33,225 bases of DNA. It comes from a virus (lineage: Duplodnaviria > Caudoviricetes). Location: positions 1 to 33,225 of IMG/VR virus record IMGVR_UViG_3300037722_001728, one strand, 5' to 3'. Numbering within the stretch: the first letter of the stretch is position 1; each line of letters begins with the position of its first letter. Positions 16,359 to 25,847 of the stretch are shown one piece after another. Below the pieces are notes generated by a model that saw nothing but the letters and a program-made list of their open reading frames with translations, did no database searches and was not told the origin of the DNA. A program made the translations under genes and the position numbers.

Positions 16359-16979
16359 ATGGCGGCACAAACCTATCCCGTCGCAGTCATCTCCAAGCTT
16401 CTCGACTTGACTCCGAGACGGGTCCAGCACCTCGCAAACGAAGGAGTGATCCCTCGGGCGGAGAAGGGGAGGTATGAACTGGTTCCCGCCGTCCGCGGGT
16501 ATATCCGGTATCTGCGGGACCGATCGATTGGCCGCGATGGAGAGCAATCCTCCGATATCGCTTCCGAGCGGGCCAGGCTTACTCGTGAGCAGGCGGACAA
16601 GATGGCGATGGAAAACGCCAAGGCCCGTAACGAGTTGATCCCGACCCCGCTGGTCCAGAAATCCATCGAGCGCGCGTTTTCCGCGTTCGGCTCCCGCATC
16701 GATGCCATCCCTCGGAAAGCCGTCCCGCGGCTAAAAGGGTGTTCGGGCGACGCCGCACGAGAAAAGGTCCTGCGCGAACTGATAAGGGAGGCCCTCCACG
16801 AACTCTCCGCCTTTGATTTCTCCGGAATCATACGGAGTGATGGAGAGGGTTCTCCGGTCGGCGGCAACGGTGCTGCGACCCCCGCCGGACCTGACGATCA
16901 GCCAGTGGGCGGACGAGTTCCGCGTCCTGTCGGCAGAGGCAAGCGCGGAGCCGGGCAAGTGGAGCACGTCGCGCGTTGA
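16359..16979 (+). CDS. Terminase small subunit (Nu1-like)
   Basis: N-terminal wHTH (LLDLTPRRVQHLANEGVI...GRYEL), coiled coil ERARLTREQAD; overlaps the large subunit. Confidence 0.85.
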   Translation: MAAQTYPVAVISKLLDLTPRRVQHLANEGVIPRAEKGRYELVPAVRGYIRYLRDRSIGRDGEQSSDIASERARLTREQADKMAMENAKARNELIPTPLVQKSIERAFSAFGSRIDAIPRKAVPRLKGCSGDAAREKVLRELIREALHELSAFDFSGIIRSDGEGSPVGGNGAATPAGPDDQPVGGRVPRPVGRGKRGAGQVEHVAR

Positions 16980-18681
16980 ATATCTGCGCGGCGTAATGGA
17001 CGCCGCCTGCGACCCGGAAATATCAACCGTCGTCTTCATGAAATCCGCGCAGGTCGGCTCCACGGAGATCATAAACAACATCATCGGGTACCACATCCAC
17101 CAGGATCCGTCGCCGATCCTCGTGGTGCAGCCCAACATCAAGATGGTGAACTCCTGGAGCAAGTCGCGGCTGGCCCCGATGCTCCGGGATACGCCCGTCC
17201 TGCGGGGGAAAGTAGGCGATCCCCGAGCGAAGGACTCCTCGAACACGATCCAGGAGAAAGTCTTCGAGGGCGGGATCCTGGCCGTGGCCACGGCGAACAG
17301 CCCCGCGGACCTCGCCTCCCGGCCCATCCGGATCGTCCTGTTCGACGAGGTGGACAAGTATCCCCCGTCCGTCAAGGAAGAGGGGGACGCGATCGAGCTG
17401 GGGACTGTCCGCACCGAGACGTTCTGGAACTCGAAGACCTACAAGGGATCGACTCCGACTGTCCATGAGATCTCGCGCATCGAGGACGAGTGGGACAAAT
17501 CAGACCAGCGGTACTTCATGGTCCCCTGCCCCCGCAAGGGGTGCGGGAAGTACCAGCGGCTCATCTGGGTGCAGGTCAAGTGGTCAAAGGATGAGCGCGG
17601 CAATCCTATCGATGTGCATTACGAGTGCGCGTATTGCCGGGGGCGCATTGGGGATCATGAGCGGTATCGGATGGTCCGGCGGGGACGATGGGAGGCGACA
17701 CGTCCATGGGTCAAGGGGATCGCGGGGTTTCACATCTCGTCGATCTATTCGCCCTGGACGACGCTTCCAAAACTGGCCGTCCGGTTCGTCAATGCCGTCC
17801 GGTCCAAGAGCCCCGAGCAGCTCCGGGTTTTCGTGAATGCGGCTCTGGGGGAGACGTGGAAGGAGGACACCACGACGGTGGACGAGGGGTCGTTGCTTGC
17901 CCGCCGCGAGAATTACGGACCGCTTGTGCCGGAGCGGATATGCGCGATCACCGTCGGCGTGGATGTCCAGGACGACCGGATCGAGGCCGAGGTAATCGGA
18001 TGGGCCCCCGGCGAGGAGTCGTGGCAGATCGAATATGCCGTCATCCCGGGCCGGACGGAAACCGACCTTCGCCCCTGGCAGGACCTGGAGATCCTCCTGT
18101 CGAAGCGGTACCCGCACGAACTCGGCGTGACGCTCGTCATCATGGCGGCGGGGATCGACTCCGGCGGCCACGCGACGACGAAGGTCTACGAGTTCTGCAA
18201 GCCCCGCGAGGAGCGTCGCATCTGGGCGCTAAAAGGCGGGAGCAAGACGGGGATCCCTGCCGTGGGCCGTCCGGGACGAAATAACGCCGGGAATGTCCCT
18301 TTGCGAATCATCGGAACGGACGCCATCAAGCGGACGATCCTGTCGCGCCTAAAACTCGAGGCTCCGGGCCCCGGATTCATGCACTTCTCGATGTCGGCGG
18401 ACGAGGAGTACTTCAAGCAGCTCACGGCGGAATCGCTCATCAGGATCCGGGAAAAGGGCGAGGTCAAGTTCATCTGGAAGAAAAACCGGGAACGCAACGA
18501 GGGGCTGGACTGCCGCGTATACGGCTATGCGGCCTTGATCGCCTTGAACCCCGATCTGGAACGATACGCGGCGATGATCCAGGCGCAGGCGCGGGAGATC
18601 GACAAGAGGGTACCGGTGCCGGGGGAGTTACGGCCTCAAGGTTTAGGCCGCCGGGTCATCAGTCGAGGGATCGGAGGATAG
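16813..18681 (+). CDS. Terminase large subunit, lambda GpA family
   Basis: KSAQVGST, Walker B VLFDEVD, GSTPT, GVDVQ, IDSGG, RNEGLDCRVY; the true start may be ATG 16840. Confidence 0.95.
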   Translation: MISPESYGVMERVLRSAATVLRPPPDLTISQWADEFRVLSAEASAEPGKWSTSRVEYLRGVMDAACDPEISTVVFMKSAQVGSTEIINNIIGYHIHQDPSPILVVQPNIKMVNSWSKSRLAPMLRDTPVLRGKVGDPRAKDSSNTIQEKVFEGGILAVATANSPADLASRPIRIVLFDEVDKYPPSVKEEGDAIELGTVRTETFWNSKTYKGSTPTVHEISRIEDEWDKSDQRYFMVPCPRKGCGKYQRLIWVQVKWSKDERGNPIDVHYECAYCRGRIGDHERYRMVRRGRWEATRPWVKGIAGFHISSIYSPWTTLPKLAVRFVNAVRSKSPEQLRVFVNAALGETWKEDTTTVDEGSLLARRENYGPLVPERICAITVGVDVQDDRIEAEVIGWAPGEESWQIEYAVIPGRTETDLRPWQDLEILLSKRYPHELGVTLVIMAAGIDSGGHATTKVYEFCKPREERRIWALKGGSKTGIPAVGRPGRNNAGNVPLRIIGTDAIKRTILSRLKLEAPGPGFMHFSMSADEEYFKQLTAESLIRIREKGEVKFIWKKNRERNEGLDCRVYGYAALIALNPDLERYAAMIQAQAREIDKRVPVPGELRPQGLGRRVISRGIGG

Positions 18682-18684
18682 GGG

Positions 18685-18915
18685 ATGGCGGGAATCACAC
18701 TCGCCCAAGCGGAGGCGCAACTTACGAGCTGGATGGCGGCATCCACCGCGGTTGCCGGCGGCCAGGCTTACACCATCGGGGGCCGGTCCCTTACCCGTGC
18801 CGATGCGAGGTCGATTCAGCAGCAGATCGACTTCTGGGACAAGAAATGCCAGGAGCTATCCGGCGAATCGAACGTGTCCCGGAAAATCAAGGTCTACGGC
18901 GGTACCCCGGCATGA
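18685..18915 (+). CDS. gpW-like head completion protein
   Basis: GQAYTIGGRSLTRAD motif; between terminase and portal. Confidence 0.8.
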   Translation: MAGITLAQAEAQLTSWMAASTAVAGGQAYTIGGRSLTRADARSIQQQIDFWDKKCQELSGESNVSRKIKVYGGTPA

Positions 18916-20549
18916 AGTACGAGGCGCGGTTCGGCAGCAAGATCCTCTCCGTCGAGGAGAACCTGATCGACCGGGCGATCCGGTATCTGGATCCCGCCCG
19001 GGCGAACAAGCGGGTCGCTGCGCGCTTCTCCGCAGCCGTGGCCGGTGGATATGTCGGGGCCTCTACCTCGCGCCGGCAGACGCTTTCGTGGATCGCGCAG
19101 AAGGGAGACGCCGACGCCGTTATCCTCTCCGATCTTCCGACCCTGCGGGAGCGGTCCCGGGACCTGCTTCGGAACGAGCCGCTGGCGGTGGGAGCGGTCA
19201 ATACCGTCGTTACAAACGTCGTGGGGACCGGCCTGACGCTTAAAAGCCAGGTCGACCGGGACATTCTGAATCTGACCGAGGAGCAGGCCGACGCATGGGA
19301 GGCGCAGGCCGAGCGGGAATGGCACCTGTTCTTCGATTCTCCCGAATGCGACCTGGCGCGAACGCTCAACGGCGTATCCCAGCAGGAACTCGCGCTTCGG
19401 CAGGTCATCGAGAACGGCGATGTGTTCATCCTCATGCCGAGCCTCATCCGTCCCGGATCCCCCTACGGCATGAAGATGCAGATGATCGAGGGGGATCGGG
19501 TCTGCAATAAAGATGCGGTGCAGGACACCGCGACGCTCGCCGGTGGGGTGGAGCGCGACAGCTACGGAGCCCCGATCCGGTATCACATCCTCGACCAGCA
19601 TCCGGGGTCGGCGTATTACCGAAACGCATCCCGTACATGGACGGTTGTCCCGGCGTTTGGCAAGACCGGGCGGCGCAACGTGATCCATCTGTTTAAGACG
19701 CTTCGCCCCGGCCAATCCCGCGGGGTACCGTACCTCGCTCCGGTGATCGAGCCGCTGAAGCAACTCGGGCGGTATACCGAGGCGGAGATCATGGCGGCCG
19801 TCATCTCCGGGATGTTTACGGTATTCGTCAAATCGGAGAGCGGTGGGGCGGGGCTCTCCCCCATGGAGCCGACCTCCGAGGTGGGGGGAAGCGGCTCGGA
19901 CGACGATTTCAAGCTCGCCTCGGGGGCGATCTTGAACCTCGCCCGGGGAGAGGAGATCCAGACGGCCAACCCCGGGCGGCCGAACCAGGCATTCGACCCG
20001 TTCGTTATGGCGGTCCTGCGTCAGATCGGCGTGGCGCTGGAATTGCCGTTCGAGGTCCTCGTCAAGCATTTCACGGCATCGTATTCCGCCGCCCGGGCCG
20101 CACTCCTCGAGGCGTGGCGGTTTTTCCGGTCCCGCAGGGAATGGCTGGCTGCGAATTTCTGCCAGATCCTCTTCGAAAACTGGATGGACGAGGCCGTTGC
20201 GCTCGGGCGGATCAAGGCTCCCGGGTATTTTGCGGATCCGCTCCTGCGCAAAGCCTACCTCGGGGCGGACTGGATCGGCCCGGCACCCGGACAGATCGAC
20301 CCGGTGAAGGAAGTCGAGGCCGCGGGGAAGCGGCTCGAGCTTCGCCTCTCTACCGTGGCGGAGGAGACTGCGGCGCTGACCGGCGGGGATTTCGAGCGAA
20401 ACCTGCCGCAGATGCGCAAGGAGCAGCGGTTGCTTAAAGAAGCCGGGCTTGCCCCCGAGCCTTCCACGCCCAAGGTGCTGCCAGGGAGCCGGATGCCGGC
20501 GAAGCCGACAGACGCTCCGGGAAACGAAGACCAGCCGGAGGAGAGCTGA
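18912..20549 (+). CDS. Portal protein, lambda family
   Basis: LRERSRDLLRN, RPGQSRGVP, SYSAARAALLE, IDPVKE; ATGA overlap at 18912. Confidence 0.95.
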   Translation: MKYEARFGSKILSVEENLIDRAIRYLDPARANKRVAARFSAAVAGGYVGASTSRRQTLSWIAQKGDADAVILSDLPTLRERSRDLLRNEPLAVGAVNTVVTNVVGTGLTLKSQVDRDILNLTEEQADAWEAQAEREWHLFFDSPECDLARTLNGVSQQELALRQVIENGDVFILMPSLIRPGSPYGMKMQMIEGDRVCNKDAVQDTATLAGGVERDSYGAPIRYHILDQHPGSAYYRNASRTWTVVPAFGKTGRRNVIHLFKTLRPGQSRGVPYLAPVIEPLKQLGRYTEAEIMAAVISGMFTVFVKSESGGAGLSPMEPTSEVGGSGSDDDFKLASGAILNLARGEEIQTANPGRPNQAFDPFVMAVLRQIGVALELPFEVLVKHFTASYSAARAALLEAWRFFRSRREWLAANFCQILFENWMDEAVALGRIKAPGYFADPLLRKAYLGADWIGPAPGQIDPVKEVEAAGKRLELRLSTVAEETAALTGGDFERNLPQMRKEQRLLKEAGLAPEPSTPKVLPGSRMPAKPTDAPGNEDQPEES

Positions 20550-20551
20550 CC

Positions 20552-21946
20552 ATGCGCCTGATCGACGTTCTCACGAGTCCTTGGGCGATCGTCCCGGAGA
20601 AGCTGATCGAGATCCAGGCGATCTACCGGACGCACCTGCGCGGGGAAAAGATCGACTTGGCCGCGATCGAGATCCGGCTGGGGAAGCCGCTTGCGAACGA
20701 GCCGAAGCCTTACGAGGTCGTAAATGGCGTGGCGGTGATCGAGATGGAGGGAATCGTCGCCAAGCGGATGAGCCTGTTCACGAAAATCTCCGGGGGAATC
20801 TCGACCTACCACGTCCAGGAGCAGTTCTCCGCGGCTCTTGCCGACCCCAAAGTCCGGTCGATCCTCCTGAACATCGACTCTCCCGGCGGAGGGATCGACG
20901 GGACGGCGGACCTGGCCGGGATGATCCATTCTGCGCGGGGCGAGAAGCCGGTTGTGGCGTATACCGACGGGGTGATGGCTTCCGCGGCCTACTGGATCGG
21001 GAGCGCGGCGGATGCCGTGTACATATCGGGGGACACCGCGCAGGTAGGCTCCATCGGAGTCGTCGCGGCTCACATGGACATCTCCAAAGCCGAGGAGATG
21101 GTCGGCGTTAAGACCACGGAGATCACCGCCGGGAAGTACAAGCGGATCGCCTCCCGCCACGCCCCGCTGTCGCAGGAAGGGCGGCAGACGATGCAGGAGA
21201 TGGTCGATTACGTCTACTCGGCGTTTGTGGGAGACATTGCCAAACACCGCGGGGTCTCTGAAGAACAAGTGCTGGAGCAGATGGCCGATGGAAGGATCTT
21301 CTTCGGCCGTCAGGCGGTAAATGCGGGTCTGGTCGACGGTGTTGCGACCATGGAGGAGTTGATCGGAAAGCTGTCCGCCGGGGAACTGGTGGGAAAACCC
21401 GCCGCAGCCGGTGCCGTTGCGGCGGCAATCGCGGATATCAAGGAGGAACCGATGAAGGTAAAGGCTGGCGAGCAGGTGATCGATATCCAGGACACGCTGG
21501 AAATCGATGCGAAGTGGATATCGGAGAACTGCCCCGATATCGCCAACGCTCTCCGGGATGAGGGCGCGCAATTGGAGCGGGAGCGGATCCAGGGGATCGA
21601 GGAACATGCACTCCCCGGCTACGAGGCGATCGTGGCCGAGGCGAAGAAGGACGGCAGGAGCACGGGCGCGGATGTCGCCATGCGGATCGTAAAAGCCGAG
21701 AACCAGGTCCGCACGAAGAAGCTGGAGGAGATCCGAGGGGAGGCCCCGAAGCCGGTCCCGGCGGTGGCCGTGGACGGAGTTCTTCCGGAGGCGGAGAAGA
21801 AGGAGAAGACCTTCGAGGTGCTGGTGGAGGAGTACCGGGCCGAGAAGGGTTGCTCCCGTGGGGACGCGATCAGGGCGGTGGCCGCGGCGCATCCCGAGGT
21901 GCACGAGAAGTTCGTCGCACGGCAGCAGGCGGGATCAAGCCGCTAA
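20552..21946 (+). CDS. S49-family capsid maturation protease with C-terminal scaffold
   Basis: IDSPGG, ASAAYWIGS, GSIGV, AGKYK motifs. Confidence 0.92.
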   Translation: MRLIDVLTSPWAIVPEKLIEIQAIYRTHLRGEKIDLAAIEIRLGKPLANEPKPYEVVNGVAVIEMEGIVAKRMSLFTKISGGISTYHVQEQFSAALADPKVRSILLNIDSPGGGIDGTADLAGMIHSARGEKPVVAYTDGVMASAAYWIGSAADAVYISGDTAQVGSIGVVAAHMDISKAEEMVGVKTTEITAGKYKRIASRHAPLSQEGRQTMQEMVDYVYSAFVGDIAKHRGVSEEQVLEQMADGRIFFGRQAVNAGLVDGVATMEELIGKLSAGELVGKPAAAGAVAAAIADIKEEPMKVKAGEQVIDIQDTLEIDAKWISENCPDIANALRDEGAQLERERIQGIEEHALPGYEAIVAEAKKDGRSTGADVAMRIVKAENQVRTKKLEEIRGEAPKPVPAVAVDGVLPEAEKKEKTFEVLVEEYRAEKGCSRGDAIRAVAAAHPEVHEKFVARQQAGSSR

Positions 21947-22006
21947 AATACCCCGGTCGCCGGTGGTGCGGCCGATCAAACTTTCACGAAACCAAGGAGG
22001 TAGAAC

Positions 22007-22369
22007 ATGAGCTGGACCGTAGGAGACATGACGTTTACCGCCAACGGCGCCCTTACGCCCAAGGTGCGGGTGAAGATCACTGCGGGCTCCACTACCGAGC
22101 CTCCCCAGGTCGAGGTCGCCGGTGCCGGCGAGGAGCACATCGGCATCACGGAGTTCGCCGCACCCAGCGGCGCACTCGTCACGGTTCGGAGCAGGAAGTC
22201 CCCGGGGATCCACGAAGTAACCGCCGCGGGAGCGTTTGCCGTGGGCGCGGCTCTGTACGGAGCGGCGGCGGGGAAGGTGGACGACGTGATCGCCGGCTCG
22301 ATCATCGGGTACGCCGTCGAGGCAGCCGCGGCCGACGGGGATATCGTGAAGATCATCGACCATCCCTAA
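22007..22369 (+). CDS. Head decoration/capsid cement protein
   Basis: Ala/Gly-rich beta protein (IGYAVEAAAADGD) between protease and capsid genes; RBS AAGGAG. Confidence 0.75.
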   Translation: MSWTVGDMTFTANGALTPKVRVKITAGSTTEPPQVEVAGAGEEHIGITEFAAPSGALVTVRSRKSPGIHEVTAAGAFAVGAALYGAAAGKVDDVIAGSIIGYAVEAAAADGDIVKIIDHP

Positions 22370-22398
22370 ACCCCCTTTAGCCTTCCAGAACGTCTGAC

Positions 22399-22423
22399 GG
22401 GCCCGCCTTCGAGCGGGCTTTTT
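22399..22423 (+). terminator. Terminator-like hairpin before the capsid gene
   Basis: GGGCCCGC-CTTCGA-GCGGGCTT-TTT. Confidence 0.6.
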
Positions 22424-22452
22424 AATTTTTATCGCCAAGGAGGACTTTAAAG

Positions 22453-23424
22453 ATGCCCAGACCTACCAGTTCGACGACGATCCAGCGTCCCGATCTTGGG
22501 GCGTTGGTCTACGAGTACGTGATGAACGCAGCGGACCGGGGATTCATCTGCCTGGACCTGCTCCCGACCCTCGATGTCCCGGAGCAGTCCGCCGACTACC
22601 CGGTGATCCCGTTCGAGGCTCTGCTAAAGCTCCAGAGCACCTCTCGCGCACCCCGGGGCGCCTACAATCGGGGCGACTACGAGTTCGAAACCGGAACCTA
22701 CTCCTGCAAGGAGAACGGGTGGGAGGAGCCGGTGGACGACGTGGAGCGCAAGCTGTACCGGCGGTTTTTCGACGCCGAGGTGGTGGCGGCCCTTCGTGCG
22801 ACGGACATCGTGCTTCGCTCCCAGGAAGCCCGTGTCGCCGCGAAGATCTTCAATACCGGAAACATCACACAGACCTCGGCGGTCGGCGTCGAGTGGAACA
22901 CCGCCGCGACCTGCGCTCCGCGGGAGGACGTCGCTACCGCGAAGGAGGCGATGCGTGCCGCCGGCCAGCCCGAACCCAACGTGCTCCTCATCTCCAAAAA
23001 GGTCTTCAACTCGCTCTTGCTTGCCAAGCAGGTCACCGATGCGTTTCGCTACGGGGCGGTGCCTTTCGAGATTCAGCCGTTTGAGGCGAAGAAGCGCAAC
23101 CTTGCGGCGTTCTTCGACATCGACCGGATCCTGGTCGGCGGTGCGATCAAGGACAGCGCGAAGAAGGGGAAGGCGATTTCCGCCGCGGACATCTGGGACG
23201 ACGAGTACGCCGGCCTTTTCCGGGTCTCTTCCGGCGGCCCGGACCTGCGGGAGCCCTGCATCGGGCGGACGTTCCTGTGGACTGCGGATTCTCCGCAGAA
23301 CATCGTGACGGAGTCGTACCGGGAGGAGCAGACCCGCAGCGACATCTACCGGGTCCGCCAATACACGGACGAGGCGTTCGTGTTCACGGGCGCGGGATAT
23401 CTGCTGTCCAACATCCACACCTAA
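22453..23424 (+). CDS. Major capsid protein (GpE-like)
   Basis: 323 aa, strong RBS AAGGAGG, position after the decoration protein. Confidence 0.85.
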   Translation: MPRPTSSTTIQRPDLGALVYEYVMNAADRGFICLDLLPTLDVPEQSADYPVIPFEALLKLQSTSRAPRGAYNRGDYEFETGTYSCKENGWEEPVDDVERKLYRRFFDAEVVAALRATDIVLRSQEARVAAKIFNTGNITQTSAVGVEWNTAATCAPREDVATAKEAMRAAGQPEPNVLLISKKVFNSLLLAKQVTDAFRYGAVPFEIQPFEAKKRNLAAFFDIDRILVGGAIKDSAKKGKAISAADIWDDEYAGLFRVSSGGPDLREPCIGRTFLWTADSPQNIVTESYREEQTRSDIYRVRQYTDEAFVFTGAGYLLSNIHT

Positions 23425-23435
23425 ATCGGCCTGAC

Positions 23436-23465
23436 GGGAGGGGCAGAGGACCGTCCCTCCCTTTT
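23436..23465 (+). terminator. Terminator after the capsid gene
   Basis: GGGAGGGGC...GTCCCTCCC-TTTT. Confidence 0.6.
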
Positions 23466-23476
23466 CCGGGGGACTG

Positions 23477-23785
23477 ATGGCCTTCGACTTCGACCACGAT
23501 GCGTTCGTGACCGACGATTTCAGCGGCAGGGATGCTCTGTGGACGCCCACCGGCGGTGCGCAGACTACACTTCGCGTGGCGTTTTCCCTCGGCGTGGAAA
23601 ATGTGAACCTTGGGGGGGGCATCGTCCCGCAGGGTGCCATCGCGCAGGCCGGGTGCAAGTCGGCCGATGTGGTCGGGATCAGGCAGAAAGAACCCCTCGT
23701 ATTCGACGGCGTTACCTACCACGTGCTCAAGATCCACCACGACGAGACGGGCTGGAGCACGCTGATCCTTGGAAAGGCGTACTGA
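23477..23785 (+). CDS. Head-tail joining protein (gpFII-like)
   Basis: Size, position, and C-terminal DGVTYHV...DETGWSTLIL. Confidence 0.75.
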   Translation: MAFDFDHDAFVTDDFSGRDALWTPTGGAQTTLRVAFSLGVENVNLGGGIVPQGAIAQAGCKSADVVGIRQKEPLVFDGVTYHVLKIHHDETGWSTLILGKAY

Positions 23786-23786
23786 C

Positions 23787-24197
23787 GTGAGCTGGCGATC
23801 CGACATTCTCTCGAATCTGGAAACGACGCTGAAAGGGATGACGGAGTTCGCCGACGCCTCGGTCATCACCGGGAAGGCAGAGGAGGTGGACCTTGATTCC
23901 GTGACGTTTCCCCTGGCGTTCATCCTCCAGGGTCCGGAACGCAAGGCGCAAGGTCCGGTCGGATTCGAAACGTGGGATTGGACGGTCGTGGTCGAGGTAT
24001 GGTGCCGGGATTCGTCAGTCGAGACCCTGTACGCCGCCGTCCACCAGGCGATCTCGGCGGACATCTATCGAAACGCAAAGGCGCTCAATACCAGCCGGGA
24101 CGGCGGTGACGTAATGTCGCTTGACCCCGGGCGAACGCTTTCCGTTTTCCAACATACGTATCAGATTCTGTATCGGCACCCGTTCGGGTCGCCGTAG
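23787..24197 (+). CDS. Tail terminator protein (gpU-like)
   Basis: Acidic ~136-aa protein directly before the tail tube gene; GTG start chosen. Confidence 0.6.
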   Translation: MSWRSDILSNLETTLKGMTEFADASVITGKAEEVDLDSVTFPLAFILQGPERKAQGPVGFETWDWTVVVEVWCRDSSVETLYAAVHQAISADIYRNAKALNTSRDGGDVMSLDPGRTLSVFQHTYQILYRHPFGSP

Positions 24198-24210
24198 GAG
24201 GTTAAAGTAA

Positions 24211-25146
24211 ATGTTTAAGAATAGAGCATTAATCCTGGCTAAAAAAGAGGCTTCCTACGGGGTGGACCCCGTTCCGACGACGGCGTTAAACGCCATCCTG
24301 ACCGACCTGCCCGAGGTGGAGGTCGTGATGAAGAAGCTGGACCGTTTAAACGTCAAGGCGTTCCTTGGAAACCGTCCCGCGATCAGCATCGGGGAGGCGA
24401 TCAAGGTCTCGTTTTCAACTGAAGTTAAGGGCAGCGGGGACTCAACTCCGGATACCCCTCCGGAGATCGGCGTCCTGTTCGTCGGATGCGGCATGCTGGA
24501 AACCGTAACTCCAACGACCGGGCCGGTAGCCTACAGCCCTTTAGATGCCATTGAAGGGCCGTCGATCACGATCCACTTCTGGCAGCACGACATTCGGTAC
24601 GTGGTCACCGGCTGTCGCGGCACCTGGTCCCTCGACGGGAAGGCCGGGGAGTTCGGCAAGATCAAGTGGGATTTCCAGGGGCTCTACGCAGGTCCTGCAG
24701 ACCTTTCCATTCCCACAAACGCCGTCTACAACGCCTCCATCCCGCCGGCGCTTAAATCCGGGCTGTTTACCCTCGGGGTCTTTGCCGGGACGATCGAGAG
24801 TTTCAAACTCACGTACGGGAACGATATCGCCAAGCGTCCCGACGTAAACGCGGCGACCGGGTTCCTCGCGCACTTCATCAAGGAGCGCAAGGTCACGGCG
24901 GAGATCGACCCGGAGGCCCCGGCGCTCTCGTCGTTCAATCCGCTCACGCTTTTAACCGGGGGGACCGAGCAGGCGCTCTCCATCACCTTCGGAGAAACCC
25001 CCGGCAACCGCATGAAGCTTGACTGCCCGAAGGTTGTCATCGACTCGACCAAGTTCGGGGAGCGGGAAGGGATCTTAACCCACGCCGTAACGCTTCTGGT
25101 CTGCCCGGACGCCGGCGAAGACGACGTCACGGTGACGTTCAACTAG
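24211..25146 (+). CDS. Tail tube (major tail) protein
   Basis: LILAKKEASYGVDP N-terminus, GCRGTW, beta-rich; precedes chaperone and tape measure genes. Confidence 0.8.
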   Translation: MFKNRALILAKKEASYGVDPVPTTALNAILTDLPEVEVVMKKLDRLNVKAFLGNRPAISIGEAIKVSFSTEVKGSGDSTPDTPPEIGVLFVGCGMLETVTPTTGPVAYSPLDAIEGPSITIHFWQHDIRYVVTGCRGTWSLDGKAGEFGKIKWDFQGLYAGPADLSIPTNAVYNASIPPALKSGLFTLGVFAGTIESFKLTYGNDIAKRPDVNAATGFLAHFIKERKVTAEIDPEAPALSSFNPLTLLTGGTEQALSITFGETPGNRMKLDCPKVVIDSTKFGEREGILTHAVTLLVCPDAGEDDVTVTFN

Positions 25147-25161
25147 GAAAACGGAGGTTCT

Positions 25162-25584
25162 ATGAGAGACCTTAAAAAAGACGATCGGAACAAGCTCGTA
25201 CTGGACGACACGCTTTCCGGAACGCAGATCGGTGTGTTTTATGCGACGCCGACAACCAGCCAGGTCAAATCGTACCGCCAGCAATCGATCCGCCGGAAGG
25301 GGAACAAGGTCGTAGTCGATAACTTCGATCCGGCGCTCAAATTCGGCCTGGAGATCCTCACGGGGTTCGAGGAGGGGGCGTTCGGGTACGACGGGCAGCC
25401 GATCTCCACGGATCCGGACTCCCCGCACTACCGGGAGGACTGGAAGAATTTGCTTAAGGAAACCGCCACCGACATCGTGACGACCGTCGCGCATATCGTC
25501 TTCGACGGGATCCGGTCCGGGCAGAACGCGGAAGACGTCGAGTTCGGGGAGGCGGAAGAGATCCTCCCTTTGGGGAAGAGCTAA
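25162..25584 (+). CDS. Tail assembly chaperone (gpG-like)
   Basis: Between tube and tape measure genes; slippery heptamer near its end. Confidence 0.75.
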   Translation: MRDLKKDDRNKLVLDDTLSGTQIGVFYATPTTSQVKSYRQQSIRRKGNKVVVDNFDPALKFGLEILTGFEEGAFGYDGQPISTDPDSPHYREDWKNLLKETATDIVTTVAHIVFDGIRSGQNAEDVEFGEAEEILPLGKS

Positions 25585-25847
25585 AGGCCCTCCGGGAGAA
25601 CTGCACCCCGGAGCGCAAAAAAGGATGCGCCAAGGGCAGCGGGCCGCATCTGGCGGCAATATGCGCGAGGTGCGAGCACCGGGAGCCGTACATCCCGTCT
25701 GCCTGGTTCAGCCACATCTGGTTTCTCTACTCCCTGCAGCAGGGGGGATTCCCCTTTGCCCAGAACGACCTCTCCATCGAGGAATGGCTGGATCTTGGCG
25801 CGATGAAACACGAATTGGAGAGTCCGAAGGTGCCCGATGGCCAATGA
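25569..25847 (+). CDS. -1 frameshift extension of the tail chaperone (gpT-like)
   Basis: C CCT TTG at 25566-25572; the -1 frame stays open to TGA 25845-25847, overlapping the tape measure start. Confidence 0.75.
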   Translation, partial: FGEELKALRENCTPERKKGCAKGSGPHLAAICARCEHREPYIPSAWFSHIWFLYSLQQGGFPFAQNDLSIEEWLDLGAMKHELESPKVPDGQ

